From the NCBI RefSeq assembly GCF_000143415.4, contig NW_003314388.1:186001-250000 (forward strand): DNA of 64,000 bases. The letters run 5' to 3'. Position 1 is the first letter of the stretch; every line of letters starts with the position of its first letter. A program made the position numbers and the translations under genes. This DNA comes from Selaginella moellendorffii. Its lineage: Eukaryota > Plantae > Lycopodiophyta. The notes under the pieces were generated by a model. That model did no database searches. It had not been told where the DNA came from and worked only from the letters and a program-made list of their open reading frames with translations. Positions 39,601-50,345 of this stretch are shown piece after piece.

Positions 39601-39971
39601 AGAAGGCTTTTCTCTCCAACAACAACTGTTATAAATCTATTTGCATTCTTGTTAATTGAAAACAATCCTAACCTTGATCCAGTCCTGCCTTAGCAAAGTA
39701 AGAAATTAAATGTGATAACAAGCATTCCCCATGCTACTCTAACAAGATAAATGCTAGAGAGGCCTTTTTATATAGAAGACTACTAAAAGCACTCAAGCAC
39801 CAGTCCTGAATTTGACACACATTTAGAGGTGGTTCTTAATCAAGAGGATTCATATTAATCTTCCATAGGTGTCAACTTGGCTTCACTCTCACACCAAACA
39901 CTCTCTCTTGGGTGCGAAGCATGGACTTATATCTGACCTCTCAAGCATATATATCCTAGAAATTGGGATAT

Positions 39972-39977
<6 letters not shown>

Positions 39978-40003
<26 letters not shown>
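39978..40003. repeat. (CT)n microsatellite upstream of the MYB gene
   Basis: ctctctctct run. Confidence 0.9.
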
Positions 40004-40004
<1 letters not shown>

Positions 40005-40600
40005 AAATGCCACTACAATAGGTATGAAACAAAAGATATTCCTTGAATTTATATATATAAAAATAGCAATTAACAGAATGGTAGCAATTTGTAAGTTGCC
40101 AAAATTCCCGCACCGGATATCCATCCCGTATCTTACTGGCTAAGAAAACGCGGCTTCAGACAGCGCATATAGATCCCGTCGCATGTCATGCTGACTGGGA
40201 CGACACCAGTGCCCTAAACGATGATTGTTAGAAGTTGGTGGCTCTCCGCCATGATTGTGTATCAAAATAGCAACCAGCGGCAGCAGCACAGCAGCTTAGT
40301 ATGGAACACAACACAAATGCCAAGGCCTTCGTCCTACGTGGCAGCCCGGAGCCGCCGCCTGGTCCGAGCGGCACCAACGGGTATATTCGCCATTTAAAAA
40401 ACCAAATATATGCGTGTGTGCGATTTCAAAACCCAGCCCAGCCGTTACACAAGAGAGGAAAAAGAAGGGGAAAAAAATGGATCAATTGTTCTGACATATA
40501 CTGACGCTCGGTCTCCCGAGCCCTCCTTCCCTGACCTAAGCTCACTGCGATCGATCCATCGATTGAAAGTGATAGAGGAGAGGGGGCGCGCGCCCGCGCC

Positions 40601-42752
40601 ATGGGCAGCGAGAATTTCCTGCTCTTTGCGAGCGCGGCACAAAAGGCGCACCTCCTCGACATGCAGCTAGAGGAGAATGCAAAGTTCCGGGAGCAGCAGC
40701 AGCAGCAGCGGGACCAGCAGCAGCGGCTCATCCTAGATCACCACGTAGAGGCCGCGGATTTGAGAGCGCGCAACTGCAGTAGATCGAGCAGCGGCGGGAT
40801 CAGCAGCTCCAACAAGAAACGAAACATTATCAAGGGCCAGTGGACGCCGGAGGAAGACAGGTTTACTTGGAATTCCTTGATCCTCTTTCGCTTCCAAAGT
40901 TTTTTTCCCCCTTGCGAATTGGGAACTCACGATTTTTTCTTTTTTCCTTTCTTGTTGGTTTGTCTCAGGTTTCTAGGCGAGCTTGTTGCAAAGCACGGCT
41001 GCCAGAAATGGTCGCTTATAGCAACTTATCTTCCTGGGCGGATTGGAAAGCAGTGCCGAGAGAGATGGCACAATCACCTCAAGCCAGATATCAAGGTAAA
41101 CGAAGAACCTTAATCCATTTTCTCTTCCTCGTTTTCAGTAAAATCGACTATCTGTTGTTTGAGGAGAAAAGAAAGAAGCTTTTTGATGTTTGATGTTGAT
41201 GTTTGTTGAAGATGATATAAACTCATGCCTTGAAAATCGTGCTTCTCTTTCTTTTGGTCTGTGCTTTCAGAGAGACATCTGGAGGGAGGACGAAGAGCAG
41301 CTTCTCGTCTCGGCGCACAATCGGCTGGGAAACAAATGGGCAGATATCGCCAAGCTCATTCCTGGACGCACAGAAAACGCCATCAAAAACCACTGGAACG
41401 CAACCATGAGAAGAAAAGACCTCCGTCGCAAGCACAGAAAGCCCGCCGATGGCTCCGACACGCTCGAGGTGGTGCCGCGCTCCACAGTTCTCCGCGACTA
41501 TCAGCAGAGAATAAACTGCCAGCCCACCGGCGGCGGTAGCTCCGCCAAAAGATCCCGCCACCACCACCACCACCACCACCAGTCCCCTGGCAGTGGCGGC
41601 GGCGGCTCAGGATCCCTGAATCACCGCTCCAACAGATCCTCCAAAGCAGCAGCCAGTGCTAGCGCTTTGCCGCCGCCAACGAGCATGAGCATGAGCACCA
41701 CCGAAGTGGACCAGCTACTCCAGAGGATGATGGAGAGCGATGCTGCCGCGGCCGCCGCTAGTACCAGCACTGGTATCGCGGACATCATCTCCGCCGCTGC
41801 CGCCGCCGCCGCCGCCGCGTCGGACTTCCAGGACTATTCCACCGCCGCCAGCTTTGGGAGCTTGATCACGGGCAACGCGTTGCAGTCGTCGTGGGGAGAG
41901 GCCAGAGCTCTGCCAGGAAACTATAATCCTCAAGTCACAGTGTGGAGTGAAGGAGGAGGATTCACCTTGAGCGGCAGCGCAGGCGATGGCGCCGGTGGTG
42001 GTTGCGGAGGAGGATCAAACGGAGGATCACAACAACAGCACCAGTTTGATCTCCAGCAGCTTCCATGGCCCACTCCAGCGTCTACAAACACTGGCAACTT
42101 CTACGTCAGTAACCATCTTAACCAGATTAACAGTGGCAGCGGTAGCAGCGGGCGACGAGCGGCAGATGTTTTGTTCGTGGAACCTCATCACGTAGTAGTG
42201 GACGACGTCGATTGCTGCTGCCCGCCAGCATTAACTCCATGCAAGTGCCAGCGCTGTACAGTTCAGGGCCTGGCGGATCTTAGCAACGTTAGCAGCGTTT
42301 TGGGAGATCACGGCACGGCTAATCCAGCAGCCATGGAGGAGCAAGAGACTTATCATCCCAGCATGCTTCACCTGGACAACGATGATCAATTTTCTAGTTA
42401 CCTCTCGCAGCAACAGCAGCAGCAGCAGCAGCAGCAACACGTCGGTCATGACGAGCAATCGTTTTGGAGCAGCGAGCACGATTCGATCAACCGGCACCAG
42501 CAGCAGCAACAGCAGCAGCAAGAGCTGGATTTGATCGAGCTGGTGACGAGCTCCAGTCGGGAGTTTAATCTCAAGAAAGTGGCTGCCACTGTTGCTGCTA
42601 CTGACAATGACGATCACGATGATCGTAGCGAGGTTCTTGCCGCGGCTGACGATCAACTAAGTCACCACCACCACCACCACCACCACCACCACCAAGGTTC
42701 TTTAGTATTTTCTCCGGGCTTAGATCAAAATGCAATGACTTACCTTTACTAG
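40601..42752 (+). CDS. R2R3-MYB of the MYB98/MYB64/MYB119 (FGMYB-type) clade; exons 40601-40860, 40969-41095, 41271-42752
   Basis: [12 protein letters not shown]|[42 protein letters not shown]|[48 protein letters not shown]; downstream STVLRDY resembles the SLLQDY motif of this clade; long low-complexity C-terminus. Confidence 0.9.
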
Positions 42753-43425
42753 AATTGTTAGAAGATGAGCAACAAGATCGGCTCTTCTGCAGGGATTTGC
42801 TAGACGACTCGATATTCGATGATCATGCTTTCCAAAAAAAAATTGAGAATAATCTTTAACACTTGTTCTGAGCTAGCTTGCGACAGATATTGTTTGACAA
42901 GGAAGAAAGGAGTGGAAGAAAGAAAAAAATCTTAACAGCACTCTCTCATTCCAATCTTCTTACACACCCACACACCCACACACCCACAAACATTGATTGT
43001 TTGACAAGTAATAAGAAACAAACAAACAAAAGCACACACAAGGAAAGGAGGAGAAAAGAAAGGAAAGTGGAAGATAGGAAGAAAGAATAGAGCAATAGCA
43101 GTACGTCGTATGGTGGTGCCGAAGGAAAGAAAGAAGGCAACAAACGAATTAAAAGCGCTGCAAGTGCCGCAATATACAAACAAAGAGGGGAAAACGCGCA
43201 CGGCGTGGAGGGAAGCTTGAGGTACATGCACATCATCGCCATTGCGAGGAATCAATCAATCCAGAAAGAGAGGAAACCATTCCCCAAAAGCACGCTGACG
43301 CGATCCATTGAATTCTATCGATTCGATTCGTAGAAGGCGAACCCCTAAATCCATAAGCCCTAAAACATGAAATGGGCGGGAAAGGTGTTTAAAATTTGGG
43401 GCTCGTGATCCGCCCTAGAAATATT

Positions 43426-43986
43426 ATGGCGATGGAGAATGTAGGGCAGCAGGGCGGAGGTGGAGGCGCGGCGCCTGATTCCGTGTCCGCAGCGGGAGCT
43501 CGGCCTGGAGCTGCCGCTGCCGTTGAGGAGGATGCCGATCTGGACAACGATGCGGTGTCGGCTGAGGACGATCCGGATCCAGTTGCGGAGAAGCTGTCCG
43601 GTCTTGTTACCGGTAAGCGCTCCTCGAATTCGTGCGATTTTTTCTTTCTTACTTGATCTCCGATCTATCCATCTGTGTTTAATCAGGTGTGATCCAACAG
43701 ACGCAAACAGTCATGGAGGAGCTTCTTCCTGCCATAGCGTAAGACCGTTTAAGCTTTTTCTTCTACTTATAGGCTACTGACAGCTTCTTGTGTGGGCGCC
43801 GCGCAAACAAAAAAACTTTTGACTGGTCGTCCCAGGAACATAAATACAACCTACGTGGAAGTGACGGAGGAGTTCCAGCACGCAAGAGATTTCGCCGTGG
43901 CCAAGAAGGCACGGCTCGAGGAGGAGAAGGAGAAGTTCCAGCAAGCGGCCTGCAGCGTTCTGGACCTTCTCAGCGCGCTCAACTAA
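43426..43986 (+). CDS. Small 3-exon protein of unknown function (acidic N-terminus, C-terminal coiled coil)
   Basis: ATG 43426; GT-AG introns near 43613-43686 and 43739-43771; in-frame ...FAVAKKARLEEEKEKFQQAACSVLDLLSALN*. Confidence 0.7.
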
Positions 43987-44141
43987 CTTTTCTGGCTCGT
44001 GACTTGTAAGGACTATCTTCGATTTGAGCATTTAATAGCTAGTTGAATTCAATTTCGTTTGTGTGTTGCTGGTACAGAAAGGAATCAGAATCCTGGGCTG
44101 CTGTCAAGGAGTCCCACCGCGTTGAAAGTGTCTACGAGCTA

Positions 44142-46295
44142 CTACCAATAATCTCCACACGAACACACGCCGTCCTTGAAGTGGTGAAACCGGCTGGTAT
44201 CCCTCACAATAATCTGTCTTCCTACAATTTGGGAAATGAACTTGGTTGCAGCATGACAATCAGAGCACACGCGCAAGTTCTTGACAACTCTGAGAGTAGT
44301 TCCGGGAGGGGTGCTGATGATGCCAAGAGCCATTGCAAGCCTTTCCGAGTGGTAACCCAGTAGCTGGGCCTTCTTCTCCTCGTCCACGTCCCGCAGCACC
44401 ATCTTCGTGTCCGGGACGTATCCGGCCTCCTTGATCTCTCGGTGCAGCCTCTCAAGCTCGCTATATATTTCCAGCTTTCGAGGGTGGCTGACGTCGCTCA
44501 CCATGAACTCGTGAACTCTATTGTTGATCTCGATCCAGCTCCGGCCTGCGAACTTCTTAACGCCAGAGGACTTCATCTCGTTCCGGATTCGAGCAACGTC
44601 AGCTCTCCTACCTTTGGCAGCGTACACATTTGACAGCAGAACGCGGCCAGCAACATTCTCCGGCTCCAACTCAGACACTCTCTTGGCAGCCCTCTGGCTC
44701 CGCTCCAGATCTCCATTCATCTGGCAGGCACTCAGGAACGCAATCCAGCAGACAACGTCCGCCTCAAAGTCCTTATGCCGCAGCAGCAACTTCTCGGCCT
44801 CGCCAAGCCGGCCAGCTCGACCCAGAAGATCGACCAGGCAGCAGTAGTGGTCGCCCGCGGGTGGCACTCCAAAGTCCGGTCCCATGGAACAGAAGTGCTC
44901 CCAGGCCTGCTCGAGCTGACCGAGGTGGCTGCAAGCACTGAGAACGCTGAGGAAAGTCACTCTATTCGGCTCGGTGCCACCGTCGATGACCATCTCCTGG
45001 AAGAGCTCTATCGCCTCCTCGCCGACACCATTCTGTGCGTAGGCTCTTATCATCGCGGTCCAGGTGACGACGCTCCTCGTCCTCAGCGGGACACTCTCAA
45101 ACACCTCTCGGGCGAGCTCCAAGTTGCCGCACTTGCCATACATGGTGATGACAGCGTTGAGCAGCATCAAGCTCTGGGAGAACAGCGGTGAGCTCCGGAT
45201 ACGAGCGTGGATCCTCTTCCCGAGAGACAGGGTCCCGAGCACAGCGCACGAGTCGACAACCGAGATGAGAGTTATGTCGGACGGCTCCGCCCCCTCGAGA
45301 TCCATGCACTGGAACAGGTTGATGGCCTCGGCAGCGTTCCCGTTCTGGGCATAGGCGGCGATCATGGCTGTCCAGGAGACGCTCGTCCTCACCGGCATAG
45401 CGTCGAGAACTCTCCGGGCGTCGTCCACACGGCCACACTTCCCATACAGGTTGACGAGCGTGCCAGCGACGACGGTGCTGGAGCGGTCCAGTCCGATAGC
45501 AGCGGCTCTCTGGTGGAAGGCCACGCCGGAGCGGAGATCCATGGTGCTGGCACAGGCGTCCAGGAGGCTCACGTACGTCGGCAAGCCGAGCTTGATGCCT
45601 TCCAGATCCATCCTCCAGACGAGCTCGAGCGCCCGCGACGTCCTCCAGTTGTGGGCATAGGCGGAGATCATCGCGGTCCAGCAGACCACGTCCTTCTCTG
45701 GGCTGCGATCAAACGCCCGCTCGGCCTCCTCGATCTCGCGGCACCGGCCATACATGGTGATGAGGCTGCTCTCGACGTGGGAGTCAATCTCCAGCGCCTC
45801 GCTCGCGATCAGCTCGTTGAGCTTCCGCCCCAGCGCGAGGTTCCTGGCGGCGGTGCAGGCGAGCAGCGCGGTGCTGAGCGTCACTGCGTTGGGCCGGACG
45901 CCCTGCGAGCACATCCAGTGGAAGAGCGTGGCGGCGCCGCGCGGATGCCCGTTCTGGGCATACGCGGCCATGAGGATGTTCCACGAGTGGGCGTTGTGGA
46001 GGGTGATGCGGCCGAAGGCGAGCTGCGCGCCATGGAGGCTGCCGTGCTTGCTGTAAGCATCGACAAGGACATTCCCCAGGAAGGTGTTGCGATCCAGCTT
46101 CCGGGCCGCGATTTGGGCGTGGAGCTTCCTCACCTCGTCCAAGCCGCGGCATTGCCATAGCAGCGATGCGTAGTCGTTTATACTCACCGTGCGTGGCGAT
46201 GACGGTGGCGATGGTGGCGATGGCGGCGCCGCTGCCGGAATGGCGATCGCCCTCCATCCCGCCTTGTTCCTCTGGCATGTCTTGGCCAAAAGCAT
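44142..46295 (-). CDS. PLS-class PPR protein with E/E+ and DYW deaminase domain (organellar C-to-U editing factor)
   Basis: 717 aa single exon; PPR motifs; SWIEI, HSERLA, CSDCH, HHFKDGVCSCGDYW. Confidence 0.97.
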   Translation of the reverse strand: MLLAKTCQRNKAGWRAIAIPAAAPPSPPSPPSSPRTVSINDYASLLWQCRGLDEVRKLHAQIAARKLDRNTFLGNVLVDAYSKHGSLHGAQLAFGRITLHNAHSWNILMAAYAQNGHPRGAATLFHWMCSQGVRPNAVTLSTALLACTAARNLALGRKLNELIASEALEIDSHVESSLITMYGRCREIEEAERAFDRSPEKDVVCWTAMISAYAHNWRTSRALELVWRMDLEGIKLGLPTYVSLLDACASTMDLRSGVAFHQRAAAIGLDRSSTVVAGTLVNLYGKCGRVDDARRVLDAMPVRTSVSWTAMIAAYAQNGNAAEAINLFQCMDLEGAEPSDITLISVVDSCAVLGTLSLGKRIHARIRSSPLFSQSLMLLNAVITMYGKCGNLELAREVFESVPLRTRSVVTWTAMIRAYAQNGVGEEAIELFQEMVIDGGTEPNRVTFLSVLSACSHLGQLEQAWEHFCSMGPDFGVPPAGDHYCCLVDLLGRAGRLGEAEKLLLRHKDFEADVVCWIAFLSACQMNGDLERSQRAAKRVSELEPENVAGRVLLSNVYAAKGRRADVARIRNEMKSSGVKKFAGRSWIEINNRVHEFMVSDVSHPRKLEIYSELERLHREIKEAGYVPDTKMVLRDVDEEKKAQLLGYHSERLAMALGIISTPPGTTLRVVKNLRVCSDCHAATKFISQIVGRQIIVRDTSRFHHFKDGVCSCGDYW

Positions 46296-46302
46296 ATACC
46301 AT

Positions 46303-46565
46303 TCAGGGTTTAGGGTTTAAGATTTAACTAACCCTCTTTAGGGTTTCAAGAAAAGATATTTCCTTTCTGCTTTGCCCACCACCATTTTTAGATTATTTTA
46401 AAACTTAAAGATATTTCCTTTTTGCTTTGCCCAACACGTGGCCATTTTAGATTATTTTACGATTATCTTGAACCCTAAAGGGGATTGTTCCTTTAGTTAA
46501 AAGATTTAGATTATTTTACCATTATCTTGAACCCTAAAGGGGGTTGTTTCTTTAGTTAAAAGATA
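46303..46565. promoter_or_regulatory. Short bidirectional intergenic region with telo-boxes and tandem duplications
   Basis: tagggttt repeats at 46304-46346; aaagatatttcctt.tgctttgccca x2; tttagattattttac.attatcttgaaccctaaagggg..gtt.ctttagttaaaagat x2. Confidence 0.6.
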
Positions 46566-46573
46566 AGGAGGGA

Positions 46574-47468
46574 ATGGGTGCTAGCAACTACATTACTGCG
46601 ATCATCAGTGTTTTCACGCTCTTGCTCTCCCTCCCAGTGATCGCCACTGGGATTTGGCTCCTCGCCTCCGCCAATAGCCACTGCGTCCAATCCCTCCAGT
46701 GGTCGGTGCTCGCCATCGGGATCCTCCTCCTCCTCCTCTCCATCGCCGGATTCATTGGCGGCTGCTTCAAGGTCCCATGGCTGCTCTGGATCTATCTCTT
46801 CCTTCTCTCCATCCTCATCCTACTGCTGCTCGCCGACACCATCTTCACCATGGTCGTGAGCAGTGGCACGCGCCATGGCCGCGCCCTTCCCGGCAAGGGA
46901 TTCCGGGAGTACAGTCTCGGGGATTACTCGCCCTGGCTCAGGAAACGCGTCGGTGGCGCGAAGCAATGGAGGAAGATCGAGGGATGCTTGAAGGATTTGG
47001 ACGTTTGCCGGGATCTGGCGATGGCGTACCCAACAATCCAGAGCTTCGATGCCGCGCGGCTGTCTCCTGTGGAGGTACATGCTCTCTCTTTCCCTGGTCC
47101 TTGCGATCGAAATGTTACCTCTAAAATCTTTCTTTCCTCCAAATCAGTCTGGCTGCTGTAAGCCCCCTCTAGAATGTGATCTCGTCTTCCGCAATGCGAC
47201 GTCCTGGGATCCGCCATCCCGCGGGAGGAGCAGCGGTAGTAATCCCGACTGCGCGAGGTGGAGCAACGATCCTACGCGCCTGTGCTTCGATTGCGATTCT
47301 TGCAAGGCGGGCGTGGTGGAGCAGGATATCCGAGGGGACTGGAAGACAGCGGCGATCGTCAACATCGTAGTTGTGGCAGTACTCGTCTTGGTGTACGTTG
47401 TGGCATGCCGGGCATTCCGAAACGCGAAGAGATTACACGTAGAGAAGCATGTTGGGACAGCGACCTGA
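46574..47468 (+). CDS. TET: Tetraspanin; exons 46574-47074 and 47148-47468
   Basis: Four TM segments, EYSLGDYSPWL, LSPVE|SGCCKPP plant GCCK/RP motif, WSND..LCFDCDSCKAG. Confidence 0.95.
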
Positions 47469-48043
47469 AGAACCGGGTTTATGTTTTCTTTGTGCAATAA
47501 AAAAGAGTAGCATTTTATTTTGGATAAAGAAGAGTGAAGTAAAATTCACTCTGAACAATCTTTGAGTGACCTTCAATCTCTACTGCAAGAGTGAAAATAA
47601 AAAGAAAGCATAGGCCCCAGTCTCAGTGGAGTTGAAGAGAGGGAAGACAAGGATGAGTTAAGACTACTAAAATAATTAACATTATGTCAAAGGTTCATAA
47701 TTAACATTATGACAAAGACTCTAGAGGTGATAGTTGGTGTATCCGTGCAAATGGTGTCAACTGTAAAATGCTGTGCTCAGAATCTGAACAAATGCACTAA
47801 CCAAATAACAAACAATGCTCTGTTCGTTTGAAACTGGAGCATCTAGACAATAGGACATTATTTACAATTTATGTTGTCACTAAAAGGTAAAACCATTTGA
47901 AATTGTGATAGAGTTAACTTTTTGTTATCAGGGACCAAATTTTTCATGTTTTACTATTAAATTTAATTTTTTATTGTGTGCACCAATTTTTAGAGTAATA
48001 TACCAATTGTAATACAATAGGTATTACTACAATCTCACAGTAT

Positions 48044-48556
48044 GCCTACAAAAACCACTTTAAAAGTTTCACAACGAAAAAGAAAAAATCTGAGTCAATA
48101 CAAACCGCAAACTTCATCCTTGCTTCTTCTTGTCGAGCTTCTTCTTCTTTCCTTTCTAACTCCTCAGCTAAATCTCTCCAGGACTAGTAATCTCCTGTCT
48201 TTTTGGAGAGTGGTCCTGCTCCTCATAATTGTCTGAACGAGTTTTTTTCCCTGTGGACGTTTTCTCAGCTACCATGCTGTCTTGCGTACTTGGCAGCAGA
48301 GTGTGCTTCTCGGCTGGCTGGCTAAAATTAAGCGCCCGTAACCAATCAAACGATCCAGTCCGAAAGATGTAAGATGGAGCAACCGGTGTCTCGACTACCA
48401 TCGATAAAGACTGTTTGTCCGTCGTCATAGTCGGGCATTTCTTCTTCCACCATTTCCGTTGGAGCTTCTTGCATAGCGTTGAATGAAACGTACTTTGTCA
48501 TATCCGTTTGTAGTGTTCTGGACTCTGAGCAGTAAACCGAGGAGCTTCTCTAAACC
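48044..48556 (-). pseudogene. SAC3B/GANP-like gene fragment
   Basis: 48044-48167 is a diverged direct copy of 54684-54838, including the intron; continues upstream with EEEMPDYDD-type sequence, with stops and frameshifts. Confidence 0.6.
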
Positions 48557-48558
48557 GA

Positions 48559-50345
48559 GGCTCATATATCCTGATATATGTCACTCAATATATTTGTTAA
48601 ACTCGATTTCAGGATTATCAGCAAACCCCTCCAGCAAAGGAGATTACAGCAAAAGATCTTGAATGGAAGTCCCACCTATACTTTCTTACAAAATTCTGCT
48701 CTTATCCAGGACAACCACGAAGGCATCTTTCGACGACAGGGTGGAGTGTGTTTGTAAGCCAGAAGAAGCCGATACTGTTGGTCATTATAAAATTTTCAAG
48801 CCTTTTGATCTGTTTTGCATACCGTAATAATATTACGTAGCACGTAGGGGAGATCATGGTGAGTTGAGAATCGGTATTGGGTGTGCTGTGCGCACGCAGA
48901 GCAGTTTCACTTCGTCTTCGCTACTGTCTAGCCACAGTATGCAAATCAGAGTCCTGGCTGCTGCTGCTCATGCTGTACCCACTAAGACCATGTTCACCGT
49001 GTTCTACAATCCTCGTTTGACATTCTTTGGATTTAACACGGCAAAGTGGTGAATTTGTGCTAGTCCAGCTGAATTTGTTGTTCCATACCACAAGTACGTG
49101 AAATCTTTCAAGATGAAATTTTTTATTGGTATGCGCTTCAAAATGAGATTTGAGACTGAGGATTCGTCGGAAAGAAGGTAAATCGTTTTGAGGTGAATCT
49201 CTTGTTTTGTCTCCTTTTGCTAACAGTCAGATATATGGGAACTATTACTGGAATTGATGGCTCTAAATGGCGCTTCCTAAAGGTAAAGAGTCTTGTCTTC
49301 TATATAGGTCGGTTGGGACAAGCACGCGGCTAGCAAAAGACAGGAGATAGAGCCATTTATTGCTTCCAATGTGAGGCCAAGGGAAAAATTTCCCTACAGC
49401 TCTCTATTCTGAGGCTAAGATAACTCCAAGAGTTACTGAGGGTCATAGTGTTCCTGGTTTTCCTTCTGGATTGCTAAAGCCCGGAAACGAGGGGCTACCA
49501 TCTCATCGTAAAGTCGATATGCACCAGCAGCAGCTTAGGCTTTGTGTTCAGCAGTTTCGAGAGCAGAAGTTTCCTCCACAATTCGAGAAACCGCAGCAGC
49601 CTTCTCCAACCAGCAGCTTCGCTTCTCGGCAAGCAGCATTAAGTTGCCCAGTCTACTTGCAGCCTCAACATACAACAGACAACTCTTTTCTTAATGGCCC
49701 ACAGTACGTGAAATCCGTCGTCACTTGCTATGTAATGCTTTTTTTTAACTCTTTTTTGTTCTTTCAGGAGGTGAGGAGCCTCTTGCGAGAGGTAATGCAA
49801 ACGATTCCCACCGCAAGTGCAAACTATTTGGTTTCTCGTCTCGTTGAAACCAAAGACAGCTTTGGCCAGCACCGCCAAAGACGACGTCCACAAGGATCTC
49901 GAGTTGGAAACTTCCGGCTTCAGGAAGTGTTTTACTGGCCAGAACTGGAACCAGCAGCAGCAACAACAGCAACCAAGCAGGACGTGCACCAAAGTAAGAT
50001 CTCATTCTTTATTTGAAGCGCCAGACTCTGAATCTTCTACTTTTCAAAAGTTCACAAACAGGGTGCAGTGGGACGAGCTTTGGACTTGTCCAAGTTTTGG
50101 GGATTATACATGCAACACGCAACTCCTGGAGGAGCTGCAGCATCTGTTCGGCATTGACGAGAACCTGAACGTGTGTACGTAGATAATGAAGGCGACATGC
50201 TGCTCGTCAGAGACGCATTTCATGTTGTGTTTGTTTAACACGACGGTGCGATGCATACGGATCCTGTCGCCGGCTGAGATCCAGAAGCTTCCCGTGCTGG
50301 CAACAGCAGCACGGAAGAGCCTCAGCAGGATTCCTCGAGTAATTA
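48559..50345 (+). pseudogene. ARF: 5'-truncated, intron-retaining inverted duplicate of the ARF gene
   Basis: Reverse complement of ~1674-3946 with many small deletions (loses HGIE..FRHIYR, DIDPARW, VSPW segments) and frameshifts. Confidence 0.93.

Larger units (their letters stand above)
29925..39900. mobile_element. Highly decayed AT-rich transposon relic region
   Basis: No credible ORFs; tRNA-Met-like PBS ttggtatcaaag after ttaca at ~33133-33151; internal tandem and inverted repeats. Confidence 0.5.
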
